Below are positions 50,108 to 63,450 of a stretch of DNA of 64,000 nucleotides, piece by piece. A model generated the notes under the pieces. That model was not told the origin of the DNA. It searched no databases and was given only the letters and a program-made list of their open reading frames with translations. How positions within the stretch are numbered: position 1 is the first letter of the stretch; the number at the start of each line of letters is the position of its first letter. Where the stretch lies: contig CM068742.1 of NCBI GenBank assembly GCA_035084275.1, forward strand, positions 54,312,001 through 54,376,000. The letters run 5' to 3'. Origin of the DNA: Hydrolagus colliei (Eukaryota). A program made the translations under genes and the position numbers.

Positions 50108-52730
50108 GTAAGCACTTATTTAACATGATGTTAGCTAATCATAAATTTATTTTGACCTCGGTGTCTGAAAAATGCATTCTCCGCAAAATTTTCAAGGAAT
50201 TTCCTGTACAGTGCACAGAAGTGCAAGGCTTTGTCTCCATTGAAATCTGACTACTCTGTGAGGGGTATATTGCAACCCCTGAAGAAACCCTGTTTGCATC
50301 ATGGAGATATCCGTTGGTAATTTTGCAGCAATTAAATGCAAGTTTGTAATATCATCGTGGGTGATGTTGCTAATGAAGTGAGGATGAGGAGTTAATTCCT
50401 GGATCATCTCTGCATGAAAAAGAGACAATGGTCGTAATTGTTTTTCCAATTCCCCCAGACTGAGTAATTTAACCTTCAGAATCCAAACCCTTGCTTAGGT
50501 TGTTAATATTGCTGAACATATTGCTGGTGATAAATAATGTTTGAGTGGTGAAGTCTCACCTGCTTTCTGGAATATGACATCTGGAAGTTTTGCAACACAT
50601 GGCAACCAGCTTGTAAGAAGCATTCATTGATGTTGAGTTATTACAAAGAAATTAAAACTGTTGCAATTAAACAATTAATGGGCCTTCTATGCATATTGTT
50701 GTTCTGTTTAAGTGGAGCATATATTTCTTCCCAGTGAGCGGAGAGTTCAGTGCTGGAGCAGAGAGCTTGTTTACTGAGGATTATGTGTGCATCCTGTGGA
50801 CGTGAGGTTTGCGAGTGAGCAAACGGCTCTGACTATTTATTCATGTCTGTGCTTCCTGTCACACACGTCTCAGTGTGTACAGTTTTAGTGCTGTGATTTC
50901 CTGGGAACATTATCCTGGGCATTGACCTGCATTCATTCAGTGACATGAATAAAACATTGGATATAGTTTGTGGTTGCGCTGTAACCCACACTACTATGGT
51001 TTTCCCTCATAGCTTTAATATAATGATGTTTGCTCCAAGAGCAGTGTTGTCAATTTGTGTCAACTACACAGATCCAAATGCATCTAGAGTGTAAGTCACA
51101 TTCAAAAGACAGATTTTCATTATTAGATATCTGTTTTAGGGAATTAGCACTGTGAGAGGGGCAGATTCATATGGCTTAATACTGAGTTGCTACTTAGGTA
51201 ACTTCCCACACACCTTTGACTCTCATCACTTTTTTAATGATATACTATATATATTTTTAATGGTTGGATGTTTTCTCCACAGTAAGGACAAGTGTCAATA
51301 ATGCAACCCTCCCCACCGTTCTCAAGACACCACTCTATAAAACCCGCCCTTGCCATTGATTTCAACCATTTACTCTTATCACCTAGTGGAGAGTTCAAAG
51401 TAGAATCCCCTGAACCTCAAATTCAAGTCAAATACAATCTCCAGAATATCTATTATTGAAGCTTGTTCCCCATTTCTTTTTAAAAATAATATGGCCACCC
51501 TGCCCTACCCCTGTTCCCATATCTCTGGTCCCTGCAGCATGGATATCAATGTACCACATGGATTATATGACAGTCTGCAGAATCTTCTGATACCATTCTC
51601 AAGGAGATGCGTTGTACAATAGGTTACAAGTGACATATAGATGAAAAAAACCCTCTTGTCACTTGTAGATTATCTGTAGCTGTAGCTTATCTTTTTTTTA
51701 AATAAACACCTTGGTTTCTGTTCTAAGGCTGCTGTTCAGATCCCTGAATCTGGGCTCTCTAGTCCTACTGCCTAGGGCCGATCAAACATAATCAGTCCTT
51801 TTTTAAATGATGCAGCATAATTTTATTGTTTTTCTACCTATTAGTTTCATGTGTTTTTTTCTCTCTCTGACAATCTCTAGTTGTAGTTGAGGTTTGTAGC
51901 CTCCTTGATTATATGCAATAAATACATACAATTTTAAATGGGATTAAACGTTAAACCCAGAATAAAACGTTACAAACAAAAAATAAAATTGTCATGTCGC
52001 GAGGACGTCCCAAGGCACTGAGGACCAAGATAGCAGAGCAAGAGGACACAGGTATAGAGTTGTAAGGGCAATTTCAGGAGAGTTCCAGGAAGTATTTCTT
52101 TACCCAAAGGGGAATTGGTTGGCAGGAAGATAGGTTGAAGGCAGGAAAGTGTACCCATTTTAATGAAAAATAGTTTGATGTTGTGATATTTGGTCAGGAG
52201 AGTAAATATTCTGGAAGGATGACCAAAAGGTCGTCTTCACATCCAAACCAACCTTGTTATGTGTGTCATCACCTCACCATAAAGGGAAACTGGATAAAGC
52301 AGAGAGTTTTTAATGTTTTCTGCCTAAACCATCCAGACTCCTCAATTAGATTACAGCATGTACTCACTCTCAGGTATCCATAATTCTCTATATAAACCAT
52401 TCAAACCCCTTGATAATAATCCAGTTTGTGAATTACTCCCAGATATCCAGTACTTTCTGTCTAAACCATCCAAGCCCTTTAGTTAAATTTTTAAGCTTTA
52501 ATAGCTCCCAAGAAACTATTCTATTGCTCTGTTTTCAATTTTTTAATCTTGTTACATTTTTGATAGAGAAATGCTATAATGCTGTTCAGTGGGTTCACAT
52601 CGACAGCTTGGATCCATTACCTGGAACAATGGGTTCTATGTGTTTAATTGTCCTTTAGAACCATTCTCGGGGGTTTGAGTATCGATATTTATTTCTTCTT
52701 TCTAATAATATATTTTTGTCCATAACCCAG

Positions 52731-52863
52731 GAAATGATGACAATAGCTGCTCACCACTTGCCCGGTGCCCTGCTGAGTGCACTTGCTTAGATACTGTGGT
52801 ACGTTGCAGTAACAAGGGACTTAAAACCTTACCCAAGGGCATCCCCAAAGAAGTGACAGAACT
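52731..52863 (+). CDS. SLIT2: SLIT2 exon 21 (133 nt), D4 LRRNT: [45 protein letters not shown]
   Basis: taacccag|GA...CT|gtaagt. Confidence 0.97.
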
Positions 52864-54164
52864 GTAAGTATAATTACTTGTTTCTTCTTTCAAGCCTTTA
52901 ATTTCAAAACAAGTAGCCAACAGTTCAGAGTTTAAGCAAAACACAGTTAGGGCAATCAAACATAGTGATTGGGGACTCGCAAGATTTCATCAGATGTCAC
53001 TCCTGTTCACTTTATGTGCAGGAAATTGATATTTTATGAGGCAGAGGAAGGTGTGATTGTACTAACTAAAAGGTCAATTGCAGTGGAGTTAGAAGGACCA
53101 TTCCCTAGAGCAACATCCAGCTGACACTGGGAAGAGTTCAGGTCCATTTTTACTTATCGGAAATCTCACCGCTACAGTGAGTCCCAGGAGCAGAGATTTC
53201 CACATTTCAGTCTGTGTTTTGCGTAATTTGAAGTTCTGTCCCCTGGTACTTCAACCCTTATGAAAGGGATTAGAGCAGGGTATGCAATGTAGAGAGAGAT
53301 TCAGAGGCAATTCTGCTGCTGGGGAGCTCAGTATTTTGTCTGACTTCTTATTCATCATGTAGACACAGTAAGCTCAAACAGCACAAGTTTTTATAACCTC
53401 GGGATACAAAGGCATGGTTCAAAAGGCTGCAGATTCCTCAATTATGTTAATTGCTGTGTGCGTGTGTGTGTGTGTCTGAAAACACTGACATTAGAAATAT
53501 TTTTAGAAAATATATAAACCTATGATTAACCACTTCAGATTTCCCGATGATTTAGTCAGCAACAATTGGAACTTATAGCAGTTTGGCAAAAATGATTGGT
53601 TGATTTGAAGGTACCCACTTTAGTTATTATTTGGTCAGCCAGCTGTCTGACACACTCCAAAACTCACCACCACTCTTGATTTCATCCTTACCTGTGGTTC
53701 CTCTCGTACTGAGCAAGATTATTATTGTAACGACACATCATCATAAAACTAACCTGTGTCGAAACCAGACTGAGTGTTCCACATATATATGCCACCTACA
53801 CATGGAAATCTCTCTGTGTCTAGAATGGAATACACACTCTCTTCTTGGAACCACACACTGTTTATCTAATCCTGGAGAGTTTTCATCACAGGTTAGGAAA
53901 GAACAAGACTTGGAAACCCCAGTGTGCTCTGAGTGTGCACAATTTTCATTAGCGAAAACTGCATAGCTAGTCATTGCAAATACATTCTGACACTGCTTAT
54001 CCAGCTAGGACCATCTGACCCACTAGAGCTTTGGTTTACAGGGTCAATACAAGTTGAGTTGGAAGAATATTTGCCTCAGTGACTGATCTGCCCTATTAGC
54101 CGTTCAACCAGAAACTCCCTCTTTGTGAGCCTCTCCAATTTTTCCTCCAAAAGCTGCAGATCAT

Positions 54165-54560
54165 CTAAAACTTTGCAGCTCGTGTCCTCTCCCACATATG
54201 GCTCCATGATCCCATGATCCCCAGAGGATATAATTCACATTCCTCGTCCTTATTTTCAAGACCCTCCATGACCTTGGCCCCTCCTGCCTCTCTGACCTGC
54301 TTACCCCCTATCAACCTGTCCGCTCCCACCTTTCAGCAGGCTCCAGCCTGCTTCTTGTCTCCTGCTTAAAGCGCAATACCATTGGTGGTTGGGCTTTCAG
54401 CATCTCTGCCTCCTCTTTTCAACCATGCCTTCAGCCACCTCCCACCTCCCTCATCCCAACGCTGCTATCGCCACATGCTAGGGTCCTGACCCGTGACTGT
54501 TCAGTGCCTTATGATGCCCTCTAGACACGAAAGACGCTCTACAAATATAATTTTGCTGTT
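54165..54560 (+). mobile_element. Degenerate L2-type 3' fragment
   Basis: ctttgcagctcgtgtcctc, attcctcgtccttattttcaagaccctccat, ggtggttgggctttcagc and tail. Confidence 0.7.
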
Positions 54561-56155
54561 TAAAAGGAGTATGGATGCACCTGCCTCACTTGCTGCTCTG
54601 GCTGTAATTTTAAACTTTGCTGATATCTGACTCCCTTTCCCTCACTTCATCATTTCAGAAGGTCTCTGGATTGGGTTGGGAGTTTGCACAATCACACGGC
54701 CAATGTTATCTTTAATTGCATTGAAAAGTAACTGCTTCTGCAGTTTTCAGCATACACAGAGCTGGATGATATGTGTTGGGCTCAGAAATTGGGTTGTAAT
54801 TTATTTAACAGGCCCAATGCAATAGAGAACAGAAAGGATAAATCAGACTGCCTGGTGCATGTTGCAGTATCACTGGGAGATATCACTTCACTCCCAGCAG
54901 AATATGCAAAGCGTTGAAGCAATCTCAGTGGAGTGTGTGGCTTCATGATAGATATCCCAGCTGTTAGAACAGAGACACTAACAATAACTAAGCAATTAAG
55001 AATTGCAATTAAGAATCAAGAATGTTCACATTTTCTTGCTGATGGTTCCTTTGTGTCTTATCACATCTAGCTATACAAATGTAAATTGTTGTTGTTGTTA
55101 GCTATGAAGAAAAATATGTTTATAAGGTGTGTGTTAGTTATGAGATTTTTTCCAAAGTCATTCAGAGATTATCGGAACTAGCAGTAATTAATATTTGAAG
55201 TAGGCAATGGTAGCGCTCAGTCTTGCTGAAAATGTGGTCCTATTTAAAATCTCTAGGATCAATGGCCCACAAATCACAGTAATTAATATTTAAAAGAACA
55301 AGTTCCAGTTTCACACAGGAGCTGTATTAATATTTAACTCCAAGACGGCCATTAACAACCTTGCATAATCAACCATAATAAATATTTTAGAGCCACAGTA
55401 ACAATTAACAGTCTCCCAGGAGCCCTGATAATTAGAACTTAAAACAACTGTAAATGAAAGCCTTCCTCAGTGGATAAAAAAACTACAGGATTAAAAAGGA
55501 TTTTCCAACCCTCCTGTTAGGTCCTCTAGGTCCTATAGGACATAATAAATAATGTGTAGGATTTTTCATATTTGTTTTATATGACTTATTTTTGACAAGA
55601 AACCTGCAGGGATTTTACTAAATAGTTTGGTGCATGATACTCTCTGACGCACAGGATTGACAGATGTCTTTTTTGTGTGAGAGGCTGTATTTGACTCGTT
55701 GTTGGAAGATAGAAAGTTGTTTGCGTTTGCTTGTTTTCAAGAAAACTTTAAAGATCAAAGCCAGACTGAGAGATCCCCATATGTATTCCATCTATGCATG
55801 GAATGGTATGTGCCCCCTTTCTATGCAGGGACGCACCCTGCTTATCTAATTCTAGGGAGTGTTAGGTCCAGTTTGGGTTAGAGCCAAGACTTGAGGAGTG
55901 TGATTTGGTGGTATAGCTGGAATTTAATCCGCTGAAACTGTATAGTTTGTCAATTAGAGCAATGCCTGGCAAGCTTATTGCTGCTTGTCCAGCTGGCTTA
56001 ATGCCTTGATGTGAATATAGTAAGGTGGGTCTTCCAGAAGGATGAAATCAAAATTGGCTGAAGGACCTTCCTCATCGGACCACACCTTGTGAGGATCATT
56101 CTACCAGTTAGGACTTTTCTTTTCCTTCCCCTGATATGATTCTTCTCTGTTTCAG

Positions 56156-56224
56156 ATATCTGGATGGAAATCAATTTACCATGGTAGCCAAGGAGCTGTC
56201 CAACTACAAACACTTATTACTAAT
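56156..56224 (+). CDS. SLIT2: SLIT2 exon 22 (69 nt): [23 protein letters not shown]
   Basis: tgtttcag|A...AT|gtaggt. Confidence 0.96.
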
Positions 56225-56774
56225 GTAGGTACTTTCAGGGTTATAATTAAGATAGTTTGAAAAAAATCAGATTCCTTTGTTTAAGATTGATAAATAAGCG
56301 AGGGCAGGAAATGGGGAGTCCTTGATAATCAACGTTTAGTTCAGAATCAAAGTGCTTTTAACTGAGTTGCTTTTACTATGTTGCAATTACTGTAAATAGT
56401 TGTTAAGATTGAATTTGTACAGTGCTGAGATACACAATTGATAAAGCGATTGTACAGAAATGTGTCTGTGTCCACGCAGTACTGAGATGGACACAGTCTA
56501 GGGTGATTTCACAATCACAGAGTATATAGTCTGCATCTCTGTTATTTTCTACGATATTTCAAACATAACTAGAAATTATGTTGTTAATTTCAGTTGTTAG
56601 GTTGCTTGATAAGAAGCAGGACCGGAGGTCTGGTGCAAGTTGCCTGCCTACTCACTCGTCCAAGGAAAGATTGATGTAATGAGAAGAAAATAGGCAGAAT
56701 AGATAAATTGTCTGTCCCATAGGGTAATACTATTGTCGTACAGCCTGAGCTGCAACATTTACAGTAACTCCAAA

Positions 56775-57105
56775 TTGCACTTGTTTATAGTGCCTTTCAC
56801 TTTGGGAGGATGTCCCAAGATGCTGAGACATATTCATAAATAAAACGTCTTGTAATCCCCTCCTCTGCTCACCCCGTCTCTTAACTGTCACCATTGGTGG
56901 GCATGCATTCTACCTCTACCACCCTCCCCACCATTTCTGGAACTCCCTGCCTCAATCTGTACTTCTTGTGCCCTCTTTATCTATCCTTAAATCTAGGGCA
57001 TACCTCTTCGACCGTTCCTATAGTAGCTCCCGCTAATCCCTTGATTGGCATCCAACACATGACTTTCCTGCAGAAAGGTCACTATATAAATGCAAGTTGT
57101 TGTTG
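56775..57105. mobile_element. L2 tail (-) followed by an L2 3' fragment (+)
   Basis: gtgcctttcactttgggaggatgtcccaag (-); ctggaactccctgcc...aaatgcaagttgttgttg (+). Confidence 0.65.
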
Positions 57106-57171
57106 TCTTGTGAATCTGTGGAGAAATGTAGCTATCTGTGCTTCTCTGCCATTTGTCTCCTGTTTTTCCAG

Positions 57172-57243
57172 TGATTTAAGCAACAACAGAATCAGTACAT
57201 TGTCCAACCAGAGCTTCAGCAATATGACTGACCTCTTAACTCT
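57172..57243 (+). CDS. SLIT2: SLIT2 exon 23 (72 nt): DLSNNRISTLSNQSFSNMTDLLTL
   Basis: ttttccag|T...CT|gtaagt. Confidence 0.96.
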
Positions 57244-57965
57244 GTAAGTATTGATCTTCTAGCTTCAGTTATTGGGTCCTATGTTTGCTGTAAACATGCT
57301 GAAGAAGCATATTGGGTCAGTGAGAGGGGAAGTTGGGAAACAAAGTTGAGTGGGATTGATTTGACTCCAAGGTAATATGACTGTCAAAGGCAGAGCTGAG
57401 TCAAGTTTCAGTGTTCGACTCAATGATTGGATTCCTGATCCAGGCACATTTTCAGTAGTCCAGGAAACTGCTGATGATTTATTAGTCCGCCTGTCTCAAC
57501 AATGAGATTGGGAGACAAAGTCAAATCACTGGAGCTTAGGAATTCCTCCTCTTAATAACCCTTCGTAATGGGTACGCGGACAACATAGATAAGCAGCAGA
57601 CTGCTACCTAGTACATCATTCTGGTACTCTGCACAGATTTAGATAGCCAACTCCAATGCATCTTAGGATTCTGAGTAGCTTAACATCTGCCAACTTGTGC
57701 ATATGTTCTCCACACATAGACAAACAGGATATGTTTTTCTCTGCCTTTGTGATTTCTTAGTTCCTGCTTTTGGACCTTCTTAAGCACTGCAAGGTGTTTG
57801 CACATGTCTCAGACACCCAGCTGACCTCTACTGAGTGTTTTCTGGACACTTCCTGAAGAAACTGCTGTTTGAACTCTGTAGCAAAGATTCGCACTGGAGA
57901 AATGTTTCACATGTGGAAGTTTGTGCTATTCTGGTTACAGGGATATATGTCTTTGGTTTTCACAG

Positions 57966-58037
57966 AATTCTGAGTTACAATCGTCTGAGGTGCATTCCAG
58001 CTCGGGCATTTGATGGCTTGAAGTCTTTGCGTCTGCT
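57966..58037 (+). CDS. SLIT2: SLIT2 exon 24 (72 nt): [24 protein letters not shown]
   Basis: tttcacag|A...CT|gtgagt. Confidence 0.96.
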
Positions 58038-58984
58038 GTGAGTATTAGGAAAATGACACAGATTGGTTGATTGCTGTTGACTTTCAAGCTTAGTATTTCA
58101 GATAATTAGGCCGGTCTACACATCTGGCCACATTTAGACCAGGACTGTGTGTAGAATTTCATTTTTGAATGCTGTAGATTGATTGCAATATTGAGGACAA
58201 TTTTTAAAAAAAATGTCTACTCTGGGTGGCAACTTCTGCAGCAGGAAGAAGAAATGCACCACTTACACACAATCCCATCCTTCTTCTTCACTGTAATGTG
58301 TGTGGCACCCCTTCGGTTTTTTAAAATATTATGTTACCACAGCTTAAGCAGGTTGCCGCTCACATAACAGTGGAGATGATTCCCCTTTGCTACCAAGTTC
58401 CATCTACACACACACATACTTTATTTTTGACTGATAAGACAGACTGATGGAGGAATCTGGCATAATGTGTGAGTATCTGACTTTGACTTCTATGTCAAAG
58501 CTGAATGTATTTTCTTAGCACTGTAAGTGGTAGAACAAAACTGGCTAGAAATTCTGATCACAGTAGGCAGAACTTGGTACTGTCATAGGTTTTTTATCTC
58601 TAACTAATAGTTGGCAGGATTGAACTTATTGTAGTTAGAGAAAGCCTTGAGGGCGCTGACTAGCTCTCTGTATTCCATCTAACATGCAAACATGATTTAA
58701 TTATTGCTTGAGGCCAGGTTCCTGAAATTTTACATTGAGTTAGCCTGATACTGTTTAAGTGAGGAATCTTGGAAAATTATCTTAATTTGAAAGATGTACT
58801 CACAGTATCCTGAACAAACTGAGGGAAATTAGTTTCTAAATTAAGATTGAATTTCAGAATGTGTTCCATAATTTCTCATAATCTTGCATTTTAAGACAAT
58901 CAGAAATGTTGGGCTTCAGAAGAGTAGAGACTGAAATGAATCTCTGGCAAGCTGTATTCATTGTTCATTACAATTTCTTTCCAG

Positions 58985-59056
58985 GTCTTTGCATGGGAAT
59001 GATGTCTCCACTATTCCTTCAGGAGTTTTCAATGATCTTTCCTCATTGTCTCACTT
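58985..59056 (+). CDS. SLIT2: SLIT2 exon 25 (72 nt): SLHGNDVSTIPSGVFNDLSSLSHL
   Basis: ctttccag|G...TT|gtaagt. Confidence 0.96.
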
Positions 59057-59599
59057 GTAAGTTCATATTCCAATATCTTTTCATTATTTCAGTGCTTCCA
59101 CTTTCTTTCTCTTGGATTGCAGTGATAAAATTACCCCAACCCCTCGCTGATGTGGATTAAGCTGCAGGTTGTAGACCAGGAGTTTGCTGGTTCGAATCCT
59201 GGTTTGTGCTGAGCCTGTGGGTCTCACCTGCTATATGGGGAGGCTAACCTCCAAGAAGCCTGCTCCTGTTCTCTCTTCAACACCAGCATAGTGGCAGAGG
59301 TTGTGTGCGTTTGTTATAGCTGGGTAGGGAGAGGTCAGGTTTGGCTGGATCTCCCTCTACAGTACAGTGGCTTGCCAATACTCACTGCCAACTTTCAAGG
59401 GTGAATAAACAGCACTTAGGCATAGTATCGGAGAGCAATATCCTTGCCTATAGAACCTTACCAAGCAAGTTGAGGCCAGACCAGAAGCAGAGATATGGCA
59501 TAGGGGGAAAAGATTGAAAGTATAAATGATATTAAAAAGAATGGTTATCAATAAAAAGAATGCATCGACAGATGTAAAGATGACTGGTGCAATATTTTT

Positions 59600-60030
59600 T
59601 GTGTAGCACTTTCTACATCGGGAGGACATCCCAAAGCTCTAGTCAGTGTTTCAGACATGAGCTGGGTGTCAGGAGGATGGAGGGCATGGAGAAAAGGAGG
59701 GTGACCAAAAACACGGTTGAAGAGGAGGGTCTTGAGACAGGTCTTGAAGCAGGCAATGGAGAAGATGTAGCAGAGTGACAATGGGATGGTGTACCAGAGG
59801 ATGGCAGCATAGTGGCAGAAGCCTCACCCACTAATGGTGGGGTAGGCAAGATGGAAGATATGAAGCGGGCCGGAACCCGCTGAATGAAGGGAATGGGCAA
59901 GTTGGTAGTAGGTTGTAGAGGTAGTAGGGGGAGTGAGGCAATGGGGGTTTGGGGGATGCGGACCAGGATCTTGAACTGTTTCCTCTGTGAGATGGGAAGC
60001 CAGTGGAGTATCAGGCTTGGTTTCAGTCTG
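59600..60030 (-). mobile_element. L2-type LINE 3' fragment
   Basis: ORF 59643..60056 has [16 protein letters not shown]; ORF 59548..59781 has FKTCLKTLLF; tail at 59600-59640. Confidence 0.8.
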
Positions 60031-60119
60031 GTCAAAGGTGTAATTATACTCTGCAAATTAAATATCAGATATCAATTAACTGGCTCAAAATGGACTAAAG
60101 AACATTCTTGTCCCTACAG

Positions 60120-60283
60120 GGCCCTTGGAGCAAACCCTCTACACTGTGACTGCAATATGCAGTGGTTGTCTGACTGGGTGAAGTCTGGCTACAAGGAGCC
60201 AGGTATTGCTCGCTGTGCAGGACCTGGTGACATGACAGATAAGCTCCTCCTCACCACTCCTTCGAAGAAGTTTGAATGTCAAG
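60120..60283 (+). CDS. SLIT2: SLIT2 exon 26 (164 nt), D4 LRRCT: [54 protein letters not shown]
   Basis: ccctacag|G...AAG|gtattg; overlaps ORF 59884..60351. Confidence 0.97.
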
Positions 60284-60549
60284 GTATTGCCATAAATTCT
60301 TCACTTTCTCTCTGCTTCATAGACATCTTTGATATCAATGCGAGGAATTAAATAAGAAATGTCTAGGTTATCTATCCAATTGTAATTAGTTATTAGTGAA
60401 TGGCGAACTTTGATTGTAAGAGTGGCAAAGGGAGCTTTCTGTAACCTTTAATCACCCTTTGACTTTCTTTTCTTGCCTTTTCTTGCTTGTAATCTAATAC
60501 TCTTTAATCTTTCACTTGCGACCTCTGTCATCCCAATCCCTGCCTATAG

Positions 60550-60582
60550 AGATTCCAGGGCCTTGCGGGTTTTTGGTGCCAG
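60550..60582 (+). other. Candidate 33-nt phase-1 microexon (EIPGPCGFLVP) in the D4-EGF1 linker
   Basis: 113-nt AG-free pyrimidine tract, CTAAT at 60494, TGC at -9, tag|AGATTCC...GCCAG|gtaagc; in frame, no stop. Confidence 0.55.
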
Positions 60583-61319
60583 GTAAGCCAGCCGAGCAGC
60601 CCTTGGCAATGATGGATGGTGTTAAACGGACCTTCTGCCTCTCCTTAAATGTGACCCAAAACAATTACCTAAATCCCTCCAGCAGATATGTTTTCCCTAG
60701 ACTAGCAGTGTCGAGTTTGGAAAGAATGTACAGTTTTCACACTTTCAGTCCTTGACCTCTGCCTTCAAACACAAGCTGTGTGTGGGCTTAAGCCTAGGTT
60801 GAGTGATGATTGTGGAGCATTTTGTGTTTGTCTTGAAAGCTGTATTACTTCTGTGTACACTTTGAAGTTTAATTTCAATTAAAAACAAACTAATTTTTGT
60901 GGATTGCAGACTATTTTTTAACAATGGGGCCAGTGATGCCTATTTAACACAAAAACAACCTCTGTATGCATCACTTTGACTTTGTTTGACACAGCCATTT
61001 GCCAGCAATTGTCCACTTATAATCCTTATTGACAATTTCGGAAAGTAATCTGCAGAAAATTCACAAAAAGAAACAGTAAAAAAATGGTTAATATTTACCT
61101 TGTCCTTGTAAAAATGCTCTGAGATCATAGCCTATATGAAGGACGCAATACAGATTGCGTGGGTTATTTTTGCTGCTAATGTTTGATACTGGAAAAGGAG
61201 AAACCTGGTCTTTGATAAAAACAAGTCGATGTCAATGATAAAACAGCCCACTGCATTCCTGGTTCTTATGCTTTGCACCACACCTGCAGTATATGAGCCA
61301 ACACTTGCAAATGTTTATT

Positions 61320-61468
61320 TCACTTCATTTTGTTTGTGGGACATTGCTGTGCACAAATTGGTTGTTGTGTTTGGCTGCAAAACACAGTCATAGTAAACCC
61401 TTGAAACCTTTTAAGATATTCTTCTGGTGTGAAATGTGCTATACAAAATACCAGGATTATTATTATAA
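61320..61468 (+). mobile_element. Partial Deu-core SINE
   Basis: tgtttgtgggacattgctgtgcacaaattgg...aggattattattat. Confidence 0.7.
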
Positions 61469-61759
61469 TTTCTGTCCAAATGTTACTTGTCAAACATTAA
61501 ATGGCTTCAGGTCCTTTGGGCTCATGTGCTGCACTGCTATTTAGATGTAGCAAGTTTTAATTTTGCTTAACGCAAACTATGCTAATGTGCGATGAAAATC
61601 AAACAAACGATGGGGAAGCAGTGCACTAGCCCCAAATAGTCTTGTGATTTTGTTGGCAATTCAATGAGTTCCATATTTCGTAACCATTTCCTAGTACAGT
61701 ACTAACCCTTAATGTAGAACTCACTTGACTTAAACAATTTATTTGTTTAACTTCTGAAG

Positions 61760-61884
61760 GTCCGGTTGACATCGCTACTCTGGCCAAGTGTAACCCTTGC
61801 CTTTCAAATCCATGCAAAAATGATGGAACTTGCTCTAATGATCCTGTGGATTTCTACAGATGCACCTGTCCTTACGGATACAAG
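61760..61884 (+). CDS. SLIT2: SLIT2 exon 27 (125 nt), EGF1: [42 protein letters not shown]
   Basis: ttctgaag|GT...AAG|gtatgt (AAG acceptor). Confidence 0.96.
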
Positions 61885-63299
61885 GTATGTTTGTCACTTG
61901 AAATGGAGCAATCTGAGTTGTAAAATTAGTGCTTGCTGTACACCCATATCTTATCATCTGGGAAATTGCTGTGTGCAGAATTCAGAATCTGCATTTATAA
62001 TTTACATTAAAACACAATCACATTAAAATGCTCTTTCTACACCCAAAGAAGGCAGAAAATTAGATACAGATATATTGCTTGCACGCTCTGCCTGGTCCGA
62101 GAACTCCTAGATTGCTCCTTTCTAATTGTGCAATGAGATCTTCAGAGTCCACCTGCACAGGCAGACAAGACCTTGTTTTAAGGTATTTTCCAAAACACAA
62201 GTCCTCTGCCAATGCAACACATCACCAGCACTTCATTGGAGCATCAGCTTAGACCAACTAGCAGCTCACGGGCCACTTCCAGCCTCCCTCCATTTCTTCT
62301 GGTCCACCCACTCCTTATAGAACCTGTAAATGTTATGCTTCATAAGGGAAACGCAAGTATTGCTTATGATTCCCATGGACTTTCCTCAAATAGGGCATCT
62401 GGCCCGCAGTAGTCAAAAGGTTAGACCATCCTAGAGACAAGGTTAGTGAAATCCCAACAATTTCAACCTAACTATTTTCTTGGGTCAAAGATATTGCCTT
62501 GGATTACAGTAGACCAATCAGTAACTGCCCTCCATACCCCACTCCCTGCCCCCCCCCCCCCCCCGCCCCCACCCACCCACACACAAAAATAATAAGTTTC
62601 CCTCACTCCCATTGTTTGCATGGGATCATTGTGAATCAAAAGAAAGGTACATACATCAAAGTTAACAGGAAGCAAAAGCCATGAGTCTTTCAGGATGGTA
62701 GAGAAAATCTTGGAACGATACTGGACTAATAAACTGAGCCATTTCTGTTTGCTAGCTGCAGTACATCTTACAAAATTTTAAATCTTGCGTACTTTCAATA
62801 GTTTTTGTTGAAAGCCATTGCGTTCTGAGCCATGAGCCAAACTGAAGTTTTGAGTCCAGGCTTGCACCTGCAACTTGCTGTTTGTTTCCTTCCACCCACT
62901 CACTCTGGCACGTGTAAGCTGAAAGCGCAGTGTGCTGTCTGTCACCGGTTACAGAAGGCTCTGTAAACACAATCTTTAGTAGAACACTGTGCAGGACAGG
63001 CAGTGAACTGATGGCATTTCCAGACAATATTTTTTTTCTTATTGTTGCTCCAGACATTATTATTATTCTTGTTCCAGTCAAGAATGATTGTATGCAACTG
63101 CAACAATAACCCAAGAGGGCTGAAACCTTAAATAAATATTTTTGCATGCTGTGTGCATTGAATGTTATAACAGGTTTATTCTCCCCCAGTCTGTGAAATC
63201 GAAACAAAGACGCCCTCGTTTTTTTTTTTTTTGTTTGGAGAAACTAAATCATATATGTGATCCCCAAGAATACCCTGTGTTGATTACTTTTCTCTTGCG

Positions 63300-63450
63300 T
63301 TTAATGGGTTGCTTGGAGTCCATTGCTGAAGGAATTGCATACATGAAGGAGAAGGGAATAGAGGGATATGGGTAGATTTGGAGGTTCACTTGGAGTATAA
63401 ACAGGGACTTGGACTCATTGAACTGAATGGCCTGTTTCTGTTCTGTAACG
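63300..63450 (+). mobile_element. CR1-type 3' end fragment
   Basis: tacatgaaggagaagggaatagagggatatgg...gaactgaatggcctgtttctgttctgtaa. Confidence 0.65.

Noticed and set aside
51625-51667. 11-bp inverted repeat TACAAGTGACA...TGTCACTTGTA
   Set aside because: Short stem with a 21-nt loop; near chance level for a window this size.
50108-52730. Search for a D3-D4 linker microexon (e.g. acceptor ttcttcccag at 50734)
   Set aside because: No nearby donor gives a stop-free multiple of 3.
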